From NCBI GenBank assembly GCA_963804165.1, contig CAWDPO010000017.1, forward strand, positions 96,001 through 160,000: a stretch of DNA of 64,000 bases, given 5' to 3'. Shown here one piece after another: positions 10,572 to 21,858 of the stretch. Every line of letters begins with the position of its first letter. The stretch's first letter is position 1. Position numbers and translations under genes: made by a program. The notes under the pieces were generated by a model, which was not told the DNA's origin, made no database searches, and saw only the letters and a program-made list of their open reading frames with translations. The DNA is from an uncultured delta proteobacterium (GTDB taxonomy: Bacteria; Desulfobacterota; Binatia; UBA9968).

Positions 10572-11096
10572 ATGCAGTACGATCCCCACGACCAATCGCC
10601 GTCACCGATTCAGCCGACCGGCTTCTTTACCGGTATTCAATTCCGGCCGATTATCGGCGGCGTGGTCGTGGATACGATCGCGACCATAGCGCTGACGACG
10701 CTGTATTATTCATTTTTTGTCGCTAAGAACTTGGCCGCCCAGGCTGGTGCGACTGACGACGCTTTCACCCAATATTGGAATTCCAGCGACGGTCTGATCG
10801 CCAGTCTGCTGCTCGGCTCGCTCGGCACCGTGATCGGCGGATTTTTTGCCGCTTATAAAGCCGGCACACTGGAGATGAAACACGGCGCGCTTGTGGGCAT
10901 GGGCTCGATCATCCTTGGACTGGTTCTGCAGGCCGGGGGACAACAAGAAACCGCGATGCCGGAATGGTTCATGGCGTTGTCTTTCGCCGCCGCGATACCG
11001 GCAGGGGCAATCGGCGGATTTTTCGCGGAGATGGTCAAGAACGCCATTGGCGGCGGCGCTCCGCCGGGCGCCAGAAACACGCCAGTCTCGCGGTAA
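10572..11096 (+). CDS. Four-TM membrane protein (TIGR04086-like)
   Basis: Hydrophobic helices with GGFFAAYKAG..KHGALVG pattern. Confidence 0.65.
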   Translation: MQYDPHDQSPSPIQPTGFFTGIQFRPIIGGVVVDTIATIALTTLYYSFFVAKNLAAQAGATDDAFTQYWNSSDGLIASLLLGSLGTVIGGFFAAYKAGTLEMKHGALVGMGSIILGLVLQAGGQQETAMPEWFMALSFAAAIPAGAIGGFFAEMVKNAIGGGAPPGARNTPVSR

Positions 11097-11129
11097 TCCA
11101 CATATCTGCAGAGGCCTTGCGGTCTGAGA

Positions 11130-11471
11130 ATGAAGTACACGTTGGCCTTTTGGTTACGCATGGATCTCGTCGTCGCATTTGTTTTGTTGGCGTTCGCGAA
11201 AGCGGGACGGCTCGGGAGTCCTAATCCCGATGTTTGTTATTACCTCGGTGACCGCTATTGGTGGTTGGCGGCTTATTACGAGCGTCGAGGCAATGCGATC
11301 AAAGCGAAACGTCTTCGGGACAAGTCAGAACAGTATTTGCGGGCAAGCGGCTGGTGGCATGGTGGCCCGCCGCCTTCCGGAGCGCTGGCAATGCCAGTTC
11401 CCAAGCGGCCCACAATCACCGCAGCCATCGGCTGGCGTTCGCGCCCTCGACCGCCGGATGATGCCGCATAG
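11130..11471 (+). CDS. Hypothetical protein
   Basis: 113-aa ORF with N-terminal hydrophobic stretch and Pro-rich tail PPPSGALAMPVP...PPDDAA. Confidence 0.5.
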   Translation: MKYTLAFWLRMDLVVAFVLLAFAKAGRLGSPNPDVCYYLGDRYWWLAAYYERRGNAIKAKRLRDKSEQYLRASGWWHGGPPPSGALAMPVPKRPTITAAIGWRSRPRPPDDAA

Positions 11472-11487
11472 TCCCCGCTCACGTCGC

Positions 11488-11856
11488 ATGCGTTCGTACA
11501 AAGAGATTCTCAGTTTTCTCATCATCCGAGAGCAGCTTTCGCTCGGATGGAAAATTGTGTTCTTCGTCGTCTGCGCGGCGCTGCTCTACGGCTCCGTGAC
11601 GCTCAGCGATTGGAGGATTCAGTCCACTGAAATTTTGGGAACGGTTCTGAACGATCGAGTCGACTTGAAGGAGGAAACACCGGTCGACTATTTGATCATA
11701 CAACTTGATAATGGCGATACGGTGCAGGCGAGGGCATCGCCTGGAATTGGCTATCGACCGGGAAAGAAAGCTATCGTCAATGCCAGGACAACGAATTTTT
11801 TTGGGATGCGAAAACACGAAGTTAAGAGATATGTAGACGAACGTGGTCGCAAGTGA
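11488..11856 (+). CDS. Hypothetical membrane-anchored protein
   Basis: One TM segment followed by a small beta-rich domain; start taken at MRSYKE. Confidence 0.55.
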   Translation: MRSYKEILSFLIIREQLSLGWKIVFFVVCAALLYGSVTLSDWRIQSTEILGTVLNDRVDLKEETPVDYLIIQLDNGDTVQARASPGIGYRPGKKAIVNARTTNFFGMRKHEVKRYVDERGRK

Positions 11857-11892
11857 CATTTATCAAGCGTTTCGTGAGGAGGTTTAGATTCC

Positions 11893-12447
11893 GTGTCGGC
11901 GATGGCGTATCGACGGGCGACGGTGACTGATTACGATCAGATTCTTCGGCTTCAGACTGCTAATTTTATCGCTAATCTTACAGAAGAGGAGCGCAAGCAA
12001 GGCTTTTTATCTGCGCAGTTCACGCCGGAGCAGACTGCTCGGATCGCCGAGGACTTAGGCACAATGATAGCTCTCGTCGACGATCAAGTCGCGGGTTTCT
12101 TGTGCGCGTTTCGGAAAGATTTTCAAACCGGGTCGCCGGTGATTGCCAAGATGCTTCAGTCGTACGACCGACTCAAGTTTGATGGCCGGCCGCTGAGCGC
12201 GTACAAGAGTTACATCTATGGCCCTGTGTGCATAGCGCGGGAATATCGCGGCCGTGGCTTGTTGAGGGGCTTGTACGAAGCCCAGAAAAAGGACTTGGCG
12301 GGAAAATTCGACATCGGCGTTGCCTTCGTGTCGCGTAGCAATCCGCATTCATTGAGCGCTCACGTTGCCGGTCTTGGAATGACGGATGCGGGCGATTTCG
12401 AAGTGAATGGCAACGTCTATGTGACTTTGGCTTTTCGGGTGCCTTGA
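11893..12447 (+). CDS. GNAT family N-acetyltransferase
   Basis: YGPVCIAREYRGRGLLRGLY acetyl-CoA motif; NPHSLSAH. Confidence 0.88.
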   Translation: MSAMAYRRATVTDYDQILRLQTANFIANLTEEERKQGFLSAQFTPEQTARIAEDLGTMIALVDDQVAGFLCAFRKDFQTGSPVIAKMLQSYDRLKFDGRPLSAYKSYIYGPVCIAREYRGRGLLRGLYEAQKKDLAGKFDIGVAFVSRSNPHSLSAHVAGLGMTDAGDFEVNGNVYVTLAFRVP

Positions 12448-12573
12448 AAGCAGCATAGTTCGCACGATAGCGCGATGCCTGGGCTTGCAGATTTCGTCCT
12501 GCTTCCATAGAATCGAATTCGATCAGAGATCTCTGCCGTTAGTTGAAAATCAATTTGAAAGGAAATACTGAAG

Positions 12574-13077
12574 ATGGATGCTGATGCAAAGAAGACCGCG
12601 CTACGGATGATTCCCTACGGAATTTACGTTCTTACGTCGGAAAGCAAGGATGGCAAAGTGGCGGCTTCGACCGTCAATTGGGTGACGCAGACGGCGTTCC
12701 AGCCGCCGCTGGTTGTCGTCGGCGTGAAAGCCGATTCCGGCGCTCACGCGATTATCAAAGAATCGAAAGTGTTTGCGCTCAATATGCTAGGTAAAGATCA
12801 AAAGGGACAGGCCTTTACTTTCTTCAAGCCGCTCGAGCGCGAAGGCAACACCATTGGCGGCGAGCCGTTTCGCAAAGGGTAGCTCGGCGCGCCGATCTTG
12901 GAAAATGCGCCGGCATTTGTCGAGTGCCAGTTGGTCAACACGATCGAGATGGGCGATCACTCGATCTTCGTCGGTGAAGTGAAGGATGCCGGCGTTGCGG
13001 TGGCACCGACGGGTCGGCCGGACGACGCGATCTTGGCGATGCGCGATTTAGGCGAGAAAGTTTTTTACGGCGGATGA
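12574..13077 (+). CDS. Flavin reductase family protein with in-frame TAG at 12880-12882
   Basis: LRMIPYGIYVLT, NWVTQTAFQPPLV; the same frame continues past the stop as LGAPILENAPAFVEC...GDHSIFVGEV...FYGG*. Confidence 0.85.
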
Positions 13078-13094
13078 GCGCGCTTCCGCGCGCG

Positions 13095-13123
13095 GTTCAA
13101 GGTTCAAGGGTTCAAAGTTAAGG
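13095..13123. repeat. GTTCAA(G/A) short tandem repeat
   Basis: ggttcaaggttcaagggttcaaagttaagg; similar arrays at ~13535-13625, 21787-21848, 37446-37481. Confidence 0.6.
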
Positions 13124-13149
13124 TCGGATACTCAGAAGGAGGATAAACA

Positions 13150-13531
13150 ATGGCAAAAATACGGCATATCGCTTATCGGGCAGACCGATGTGGATGCGAT
13201 GGCGAAATTTTTCGTCGACGCGATGGGCATGACAGATGATCCAGAAACGTAAGAATAACGCCATCGACTCTGAGCGATGGCTCGGTCAATATCACGGTGC
13301 TGCCGCTCGCGCCGGCCGGCGGGCGGCGAGGTCAAGCAGGCGGCATCGATCACATCGGCTTTTCCACCGACAATGACCAGGAGCAATTTAAGTCTGTTGG
13401 AAGCGGCGGGCGCGGAAAAAGCCGGCGCGGTGAATCTCGGCACAGCTTATTACGAAGACAAGTTTCGCGGCCCAGAGGGCATCATCGTCGACGTTGGCCA
13501 CTGGCAGGGCGCGGCGCCGGTCGATAAATAA
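13150..13531 (+). CDS. VOC/glyoxalase family protein, frameshifted
   Basis: MAKIRHIAYRA..., GIDHIGF, YYEDKFRGPEGIIVDVGHW. Confidence 0.75.
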
Positions 13532-13645
13532 TATCGTTCAAACGTTCAAAGCCTGTCCGAGCAGCTTGTCGAAGGGTTCAGAAACGTTGCTCCGGCCTTG
13601 ACGTATCGACCTTGAACTTTGAACGGGGAACCTTGCCAACGCGCT

Positions 13646-15118
13646 TTATCGGATCATCAACCGTTCGGCCTTGCCGGAGTAGTTGATAAAGACGGTTTTC
13701 AGTTCGGTAAAAAAGTTTAAACCCTCTTCCGCCATCTCCCGTTCGCCGACGCCGGTGGCTTTGGTGCCGCCGAAGGGGAGCTGGGCTTCGCCGCCGATGG
13801 TCGGTTCGTTGACGTGCACCATGCCGGTTTCGACTTCTTCGACGAAGTTCATGATCGTGTCGATGTTCTCCGTGAAGATCGATGTCGTTAGGCCGTATTC
13901 GACGCCGTTGGCGAAGCTGAGCGCTTCGTCCGAAATGTTTTGCCGTGGAGATCGACAGCACCGGACCGAAGATTTCTTCTTTGAAGATGCGCATATGACG
14001 GCGTAACGTTGTCGAAGATCGTCGGCTCGACGAAATAAGCCTTTGCCGAGCTTTGCGGCACTTTTCCGCCGAGCAGCAGCCGGGCGCCTTCTTGCGGCCG
14101 ATGGCGATGTAATCGAGATCGGTTTTCCATTGTTGATTCGTCGACGGCGGGTCCCATATCGACCGACTCGTCCAATCCCGGGCCCACTTTGATTTTCTTC
14201 GCAGCATCCACTAACCGTTCAACCAGCGCGTCTTTTACGCGGCGCCGCGATGACACGCGAAGTTGCCGTGCAGCGTTGGCCGGTGGAGCCGAAGGCGCCG
14301 CCGTGGATGGCGATGGCCGCTTTGTCGAGATCGGCGTCGGCCATGACGATGACCGCGTTTTTACCGCCCATCTCGCAGGTGACTTTGGCGCCGCGCTGCG
14401 CCGCTTTGGCGTAGAGCGCGCCGCCGACTTCATTCGAACCCGTGAAGGAGATCGCGCGCAGCACCGGCGAGTGCACCATCGCTTCGCCGACCACTGAGCC
14501 GGAGCCGACGAGCATGTTAAACACGCCGGCAGGCAGGCCGGCTTCGGCGTAAATCTCGGTAAGCAGAGCCGCCGTGGCCGGCGTCAGTTCAGCGGGTTTG
14601 AAAATCACACAATTACCCGCGGCCAACGCCGGGGCGGATTTCCAAACCGGAATCGCCCAGGGAAAATTCCACGGCGCGATCAGGCCGACGACGCCGAGCG
14701 GGCGGCGAATCGTGTACGTAAACGTGTCGCGCGCTTCGGACGGCAAAGTCATGCCGTGCATGCGAAATCCCTCGCCAGCGTAGAATTCCAAAAGCGAGAT
14801 ACCTTTCATCACTTCGCCTTTGGCTTCTTTGAGAATTTTACCTTCTTCGCGGGTTAGTGTTCGGGCGATCTCGTCCGCGCGTTGGCGCGCGATGTCGGCG
14901 GCGCGCCAGAGCACGCGGCCGCGCTCCGGGCCGGGCGTTTTGCGCCAGCCTCGAAACGCGGCCTGCGCCGCGTCGATCGCGCGCTGCGACATCTTCAGCA
15001 GTCGCCGCGGGAAACTCGGCGATCACCTCATCGGGGTCCGCCGGGTTGATATTGCGCACAAGACGAGTTGGACTTCGGATGAAACCATCGGCCAGTCGAC
15101 ATAGGAACCGGTGTTCAT
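13646..15118 (-). CDS. Aldehyde dehydrogenase family protein, frameshifted
   Basis: PWNFP, KPAELTP, SFTGS, EMGGKN, GQRCTA, EEIFGPV, PFGGTK. Confidence 0.92.
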
Positions 15119-15332
15119 AGATGACCTCGCTGTGAAAGAAAAATCTGGCTTAAAAATGATCTCCAGCAGGTCAGGTAAAGACCATAGCATGAGCAATATC
15201 CGTTATTGCCGTGAAAACGGCAATCCAGTTTTTTCACCGTTGGGAATCGAATCTGGATTCCACCTGCGCGGGAATGACGGATTGGGGGTCGGGTTACAGT
15301 CTATGCGGTTTCTTTGAGTGGTCCTGAAATGT

Positions 15333-16400
15333 TTAGAACGACGATCGTTTGGTCATATCGCGCATAATCATGCGCCATTTGCCTTCGAGGGTGTCGATCT
15401 GCTCGGCGGTCAATGCCCTGCTCCGGATACCAGCGTTTAAAGCCATAGTCTTGCTTGGATTGCCGTACTCATACTCTTCGAGAACCTTTTGTCCGCCTGC
15501 GCCGAGGATGAAGTCGGCCAAGCAGCAGCGCGGCGTGGGGATGCGGGCCTTTGGCTAAACCGCAGTGGAGCCGGAATTGGCTGGCACCACGTCCATGGGA
15601 ATCCATTCGATCGGTGCGCCGGCTTTGAGCGACACTTCGACATGATTGCGAAATGTCTGGGTGAAACGCCGACTTCGCCGGAGATCACCATATCGAGCAA
15701 CGCCCGCCCAGAGACATTGTGCACGGAGGGATTTTGACTTTCGAGTTTTCTGACATATTCCTCGCCTTGAATTTGAGCATGGCGCCGGTGACAGTGACGC
15801 CCGGTATCGCTGCCCGCAAAGGCGATCTTGTCTTTCAATTCCGGCCGCAACAATCCTTCATAATTTTTCGGCGCGAGGTTCGCCGCAATTAGGATTTTTG
15901 TTGTAGGCGAGACCGATGTGCGACTCGCGATCGATGGCCCAGTAAGACTAGACCATTGGGGCTTTTTCTTTGACGTGATCGGGAAATTTCGCCATGCGTC
16001 GGAAAATAATAGGGCACCAGCCAATTGTTGTCTTTCAGAAGCTTGAACAGCGGGATGGTCGTTTCCATGGTGTCGGCGATGTAGCGTTGCGCTTGGGACT
16101 CCGCCAGGATTCTCGCGCTCATTTCCTGGCGCGTGGCGCGGTAGGACTCGACCGATACGCCGGGATATTTGGCTTCATACGCCGCGGCGAGTTTTTTATA
16201 CGAGTTCGCCGGCTAGTGAGGTGTACCAAGTAATTTGCCTTCGGCTTTGCGCCGGTGTAGAGCATTTTTTCGCGGTCTGGTTTGTTGTAGGCGGCCAGTT
16301 GTTCCAGGGGGACATTTTGCCGGTTTGCGCGCACACCGCGGAAACCAAACTCGCACTGAATAGCAAGCGCCGATGAAAGACTCCATCGATCTGCTTCCAT
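15333..16400 (-). CDS. Extracellular solute-binding protein (Fe3+/thiamine-type ABC SBP), frameshifted
   Basis: YNKPDREKMLY, RILAESQA, PKNYEGLLRPELKDKI, ADFILGAGGQKVL. Confidence 0.75.
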
Positions 16401-16415
16401 AAGCGGTCTCAATTT

Positions 16416-17349
16416 TTAATACCCGGTTTCCATCAGTTGGTTGTAGAAGAGCTTGAGAAGGATTGTAGCCGCTCGGGCCGGGTGTAGTTGGCGAATTCCT
16501 GCGGGACTTTGAATTCTTTTTCAATCTGCTCGAGATTCTTGCCGGCGGCGATCATCTTCGCGACTTCATCTCTCATCACCACGAAGTAGCGCTTTTGCTC
16601 TTCAAGATCTTTCATGCCGCGGCCGATATGCGCGGGCCCATGGCCGGGAACGTAGGTTTCAACCGGAAGGTTGCGCGCCATGATGTTATCGAGGATCTGG
16701 ATCCAGCCTTTGACGTTGGAGTAAAAAATCTCCGCGGACTCGCCTTGGCCGGGATGAATTTCGGTGTCGAGCAGATCGCCCATCAAATGACCCGCTTCTG
16801 CGGAATATAAACCGTCAGATCGCCGGTGCTATGGCCGCGTCCTTCGGCGGTGATTTGAAAGGTCAGTCCGCCAAAGTAGAGCGTCATGTTGCCGTCGAAT
16901 GCCGATGTCCGGCGGAATCAATTCCCTTTCTTTGTAACTCGCGTTCCGCGGTTCGTTGGAATTTTTCCGCTCGTTAAACTCTTCAGCTCTTGCATACGAA
17001 AATCGTGGATTTGATTCTTGGTCGCGAATCCAAGCGGCTTGTCTTCGCGGAAATGCCATGCGCCGGAGGCATGGTCGCCGGCGCTGTGCGACGTGATGAG
17101 ATATTTAACTTTCTTGTCAGTGGTCTTGCGGATAAACGGCAAGGGTTTGATCGGCGTTGTCGATGTGCGAAGTCGAACACCAGCACGCCATCGTCGGTGA
17201 AAACCACGGTGGAGTTACCGGAGCCCTGGGAATGCTGAAGCATGTACACATTGTCGGTAATTTTCACCGGCGTCATGCGCACCGGCGCGGCTGCACCCAT
17301 GGTAAGGCACCAAACTGGCACAGCAGCAGTGGCAAGGTTTCAATTTCAT
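16416..17349 (-). CDS. Exported MBL-fold metallo-hydrolase, frameshifted
   Basis: GNSTVVFTDDGVLVFD, ITSHSAGDH, GRGHSTGD, MGDLL, VPGHG. Confidence 0.8.
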
Positions 17350-17379
17350 CTTATCACTTCCTCTGACGATCGTCGGCAG

Positions 17380-18267
17380 TCAATTATTAATCATACCCAA
17401 AGACTTCGCCATGTCGATGGTGCGCCGGGCGCGCTCGATGATCGGGCGGTCGATCAGTTGGCCGCCGAAGGCGATGGAGCCGTCGCCGCGGGCGTTGGCT
17501 TCCTCGAAGGCTTGCAGCACTTTTTGACAATAGTCGATTTCTTCAGCCGTAGGACTGAAGATGGTATTGATGGCATCCACTTGCGAAGGATGAATGCAGG
17601 ACATGCCGGAGAAGCCGAGCTGGCGCGATTGCTTGGCAAATCCAAGCAAACCGCCGCTATCGTTGAGATCGACCCAAACGCCATCGACGGTTGTACGTGG
17701 GCTGCCGCTGCGGCAACACGATGGCCGATCGCGCATAAATCAGATCGCGCGCTTCGCCTTCGCGCACCGCGGGCAGGCCGATCTCCCGGCCAAAATCTTC
17801 CGCGCCAAAGATGATGCCGACGATTCGCTATGAAGCCGCCGCGATGGCCGGGCGCGTTGAGCAGTCCACGCGGGCTTTCGATGGCGATCAGCAGCTTCAC
17901 ATGCCTTTTGCCAGTTTATTGTTCGGTTCTAATGTCGTTGAGAATCGCGTCGATTTGCGGACTTCGTCGACGGTATCGACTTTTGGGCAGACCAAACCTT
18001 CCAGCCCGGGCCGGACAACTGCTTCCAGGTCGGCGTCCATGCGCGTGATGGCCGATGGCGTTGATGCGCACGTAGCGCGCCGGGGTTCCCGGCGCTTTGA
18101 CGCGTCCCGAGAGACGTCGGCGATATTTTTGCGCGCCGTGTCTTTTTCGTTGGGTGCGACGCCGTCTTCGATATCGAGCATGATGGCGTCGGCGTTGAGC
18201 CAAGCGCTTTATCGATCATTTTCTGCCGGTGTCCCGGCACGAACATCCACGAGCGGATTAGATCCAT
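17380..18267 (-). CDS. CitE/HpcH-family CoA ester lyase (citramalyl-/malyl-CoA lyase-like), frameshifted
   Basis: RSWMFVPG, LDIEDGVAP, IESPRGLLNA, GFSGMSCIHPSQV, GQLIDRPII. Confidence 0.88.
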
Positions 18268-18377
18268 GGAGAAAAATTCTCCTCCGCCGGAATTTCCTTA
18301 CCTGAAGGCGGCGGCAAATGTCTAACATGCTGCAACGAAAATCGGCCAGTCACAATTGCCAGCCGAGAATCAGAATG

Positions 18378-18490
18378 ATTTCTCACTTTGTTCGAAATGA
18401 CAGGTTCGGAAACAACATGTCGTTGACTATCTGGCTGTCATCTCGACCGACAGAGCGTGGAAAAACTCTATCGGAGTCCTTCGACTAGGG
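18378..18490. repeat. REP-like palindromes (GATTTCTC..GAAATGACA family)
   Basis: gatttctcactttgttcgaaatgaca matches agatctctcactttgttcgagatgaca at ~2972. Confidence 0.6.
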
Positions 18491-18638
18491 CGAAGTACTT
18501 CTTCTCTAATCAAACTACTCCGATCGTTGTGAGTTGAGTCGAACCATGAACCGTGTTCTCACATAGCCGGGCGGTGCGAAAGTTCCATGACCCGATTCGA
18601 TTGAACCAGCAGGAATTTTAGCGAATAAGTGAAGAGAT

Positions 18639-19824
18639 ATGAAACTCAGCACGTTCAAGCTCCTAGTGCCGATAGTCGCCGTGACGGTCCAAAGCAACTC
18701 CGCGTCGACGGTGATTCCGCCCGTTTCTCGATCACATGCGCATGCCAGTGGCGCTGATCGGCACGTTGATTTCCTCGGGCCGGTGCTTGCGCTTGCATGG
18801 CGCGCTTGCCGATGGGCATGCCTACAACCATCGAGCGCGCGCTGGCTGGTATCGGTCGCAATCATGGCCATGGGCGCTGACCAATTATCTTTATAGTTTT
18901 GCGACGGACAGTTTAGTTTTGCCGTGGTGCATTCGCTGAACGGTTTCGCTTACAGAGCGGTGACCACGCTTTACATGGCGTTCTACGTCGATTCGCTGGC
19001 GCCGATGAAAACCGCAACCATGCCATGGGCTATTACGTCGGCAGTTTGGCGCTGGGATATTCCACGGGAAATTTCTTCGGCGGACTGATCGCCGACCATT
19101 GGGGTTACGCCTGACTTTTCAAGTTGGCGCGATTCTCTCACTAGTCGTCGGTGTGGCTTGTTGTGGCTCTTGCACGGAAGACCAGCCTGGAGACCGCGTA
19201 GGTGGAATGAAGACGAGCGGTAAATGACTCGGTGGCAGAATCCTCAAAGCGTTGGTTGAGCCTGAATTGGCGATCGTGGTCATTCGTGGCGATGTTTCTT
19301 AATCTGCTGCACCAGATGGGCGGCGTGTTCATTTCGCTTTATGGCCTGGCCGTTGGCATGAGTCTGACGCAAATCGGCATCATTCGTGCTGCTTACGCGG
19401 GCTGCAACGCGGTGACCCGGCCGATCAGCGGCCATGTGGTCAGCAAGTTGGGTCACAAAGGATTGTCGTATTTCGGACTTCCACTGCAGTCTTTCATTCT
19501 CATGCTGGTGCCGCTGTTTACCGGCTTCGGCACAATTTTGTTGGTTTATGTCTGTCGGGATTGCTACGCGCGATTGTGATTGTCGCTAACGCAGTCGGTT
19601 TAGTGCAGGACGTGCCGGAGTCGCGCGTGCGCCGCGGGTTGGCGTCCGGTGTCTATAACGCCGCGGGGGATTTGGGAAATATTCTGGGTCCCACGATCGG
19701 TGGCTTGATCGCGCACGCAACCGGGATTGCGAGCGTCTTTGTCGTGGGCTCGTTGGGATCGACGGCGCTGTTTCTTATCGGTGTATTCTTGGTCAGGCGG
19801 ATGAAGACAACGGCGGAGTCGTAG
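18639..19824 (+). CDS. MFS transporter, frameshifted
   Basis: Multiple TM fragments, RGLASGVYNAAGDLGNILGPTIGGLIA. Confidence 0.8.
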
Positions 19825-19891
19825 AGTTTCCCTTCCGGGTCTAGCTTCTTCGAGTATTCCACACGCCGGACCTTAGACTCCGAGCGTGAAA

Positions 19892-21052
19892 TCAATACGA
19901 CTTTGGCATTCCCAGAACATGCTGACCTAGATATGCGAGCACCAGGTTGTTGCTAACGGGCGCCACGGTGAGTAATCGAGTCTCTCTGAATTTTCGTTCC
20001 ACGTCATACTCCGCGGCGAAGCCGTAGCCACCGTGCGTCGTGAGACAGGCATTGGCTGCTTCCCATGCGGCTTCCGAGGCCAAATACTTGGCGAGATTTG
20101 CTTCGGCGCCGCATTTTTCTTTGCGGTCGAACTTGGTTGCCGCCTGGAAGCGCACTAAATCCGCGGCTTCGATATTCGCATAGGCTTTGGCGATGGGAAA
20201 TTGGACGCCCTGGTTAGCCCCGATCGCTCGGCCGAATACATTGCGCTCGCTCGCATATTTCGCCGCTCGCTCGACGAACCAGCGGCCGTCGCCGATCGCT
20301 TCGGCGGCGACCAGAATACGCTCGGCATTCCAGCCGTCGATGATGTAACGAAAACCCATGCCTTCTTGGCCGATCAAATTCTCAGCCGGCACTTCAACAT
20401 TATCGAAGAAAAGCGCGTTAGTATGGTGATTGATCATCAGATCGAGAGGCTTAACCTCAAGTTTTCCTTTAGCCTCGCGCAAGTCGACGATAAAGACGGA
20501 GAGGCCGCGGGTTTTGTCTGTTAATTCATCATAGGGGGTGGTGCGCGCGAGCAGCAGCATGAGATCGGATTGCAGCACGCGGGAGATAAATATCTTTTGC
20601 CCGTTGATGAGGTATTTTTCGCCTTTGCGCGTCGCCGTTGTCTGAATGCGAGTACTTTCAGAGCCGGCATTGGGTTCAGTGACGCCGAACGCCTGCAAGC
20701 GCAGCTCGCCGGTGGCGATCTTGGGTAGATAGCGTTTTTTCTGGTCTTCGTTGCCGTGACGCAGCAGTGTTCCCATAGTGTACATCTGCGCGTGGCATGC
20801 GGTGGCGACTCCGCCGGAGTGATTGATCTCTTCTAGGATAATGCTCGCTTCGGTGATGCCGAGGCCGGTGCCGCCGAACTCCTCGGGGATGAGTGCCGCG
20901 AGCCAGCCGAGATCGGAAAGTTTGCGCACGAACGCGTCGGGATATGCCTTCTTGCTATCGATCTCGCGCCAGTACGCGTCAGGAAACTCTTTGCAGACTT
21001 TCTTAATCTCCTCGCGGATCTGCTGCTGCTCCACGCTCAGGTTGAAATCCAT
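19892..21052 (-). CDS. Acyl-CoA dehydrogenase (resembles methylsuccinyl-CoA dehydrogenase of itaconate clusters)
   Basis: Intact 386 aa; GVTEPNAGS, NGQKIFIS, FGRAIGANQGVQFPIA, HGGYGFAAEYDVERKFRE. Confidence 0.92.
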   Translation of the reverse strand: MDFNLSVEQQQIREEIKKVCKEFPDAYWREIDSKKAYPDAFVRKLSDLGWLAALIPEEFGGTGLGITEASIILEEINHSGGVATACHAQMYTMGTLLRHGNEDQKKRYLPKIATGELRLQAFGVTEPNAGSESTRIQTTATRKGEKYLINGQKIFISRVLQSDLMLLLARTTPYDELTDKTRGLSVFIVDLREAKGKLEVKPLDLMINHHTNALFFDNVEVPAENLIGQEGMGFRYIIDGWNAERILVAAEAIGDGRWFVERAAKYASERNVFGRAIGANQGVQFPIAKAYANIEAADLVRFQAATKFDRKEKCGAEANLAKYLASEAAWEAANACLTTHGGYGFAAEYDVERKFRETRLLTVAPVSNNLVLAYLGQHVLGMPKSY

Positions 21053-21077
21053 CCCTACCTCCTATAATTAGCCGGTA

Positions 21078-21205
21078 TCAAGCTGCAGAAAAGGACTCAT
21101 AGGCTTCGTTGCGCTTGTTCGCTTCGCTTCAACGTACTCGCACTGTACGCTTCCGCTCGTCGATTCTTCGCGCGCCTCGCCTCTGAGGTCTTTTGAACAG
21201 CTTGA
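21078..21205. repeat. Intergenic palindromic element with imperfect terminal inverted repeats
   Basis: tcaagctgcagaaaaggac ... ggtcttttgaacagcttga. Confidence 0.55.
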
Positions 21206-21271
21206 AAGAGCGCTTCCGCGCTCCGCTGAACTATAGCGTAATGCTGTTATTGTCAAAAGAGGAGGAACGTC

Positions 21272-21778
21272 ATGGCCGTCAAAGCAGGTTGGGAAGGCCG
21301 GTTCTTTGAAGATTTCGAGGTAGGTGACGTGTACCGTTGCCGCCTGGGGCGAACCGTGACCGAAACGGACAATACCTGGTTCACACTATTGACGAACAAT
21401 CCCAATCAACTCCATTTCAACAACGAATATGGCAAGCGCACCGAATTTGGCAAGTGTTTGATCAATAGCGCGTTGACGCTCGCCATCGTCGCCGGCTTAG
21501 GCGTGTCGGACGTCAGCGAGAATGGTTTTGCGCTGGGCTGGGACGAAATCAAACTGCCCAATCCGCTTTTTGCCGGTGACACGCTTTATTCGGAATCCGA
21601 AGTGCTGGAAAAGCGCGAATCCAAATCCAAGCCGCAATGGGGCATTATCAAAGTGCGCACACGCGGGATTCAGCAAGAGGGCAAGGTGGTCATCGACTAC
21701 GCGCGCAGCGTGATGGTGTGGAAGAAGGCGCATGCGCCCAAGGCGGACTTATTTCCAGAGATAAAAGAAAACAAGTAA
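21272..21778 (+). CDS. MaoC family dehydratase/hydratase (RipB-like)
   Basis: GRFFEDFEVGDVY, TETDNTWFTLLTNNPNQLHF, PLFAGDTLYSESEVL. Confidence 0.9.
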   Translation: MAVKAGWEGRFFEDFEVGDVYRCRLGRTVTETDNTWFTLLTNNPNQLHFNNEYGKRTEFGKCLINSALTLAIVAGLGVSDVSENGFALGWDEIKLPNPLFAGDTLYSESEVLEKRESKSKPQWGIIKVRTRGIQQEGKVVIDYARSVMVWKKAHAPKADLFPEIKENK

Positions 21779-21786
21779 TTCCGACG

Positions 21787-21848
21787 TTGAACCATTGAAC
21801 CTTTGAACGAATAGGCCGTTCAAGCGTTCAAGGTTCAAAGTTCAAGGT
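21787..21848. repeat. Inverted arrays of TTGAAC / GTTCAA heptamer-like repeats
   Basis: ttgaaccattgaacctttgaacg ... cgttcaagcgttcaaggttcaaagttcaagg. Confidence 0.65.
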
Positions 21849-21858
21849 CAGATTCGAG

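Noticed and set aside
12880-12882. In-frame TAG in the flavin reductase as pyrrolysine or stop readthrough
   Set aside because: It falls in a non-catalytic loop, is one base from TCG or AAG, lies in the error-rich zone, and no pyl genes are visible; other genes here use TAG as a normal stop.
21787-21848. Repeat arrays as CRISPR
   Set aside because: Units are 6-8 bp without unique spacers, and no cas genes are present.
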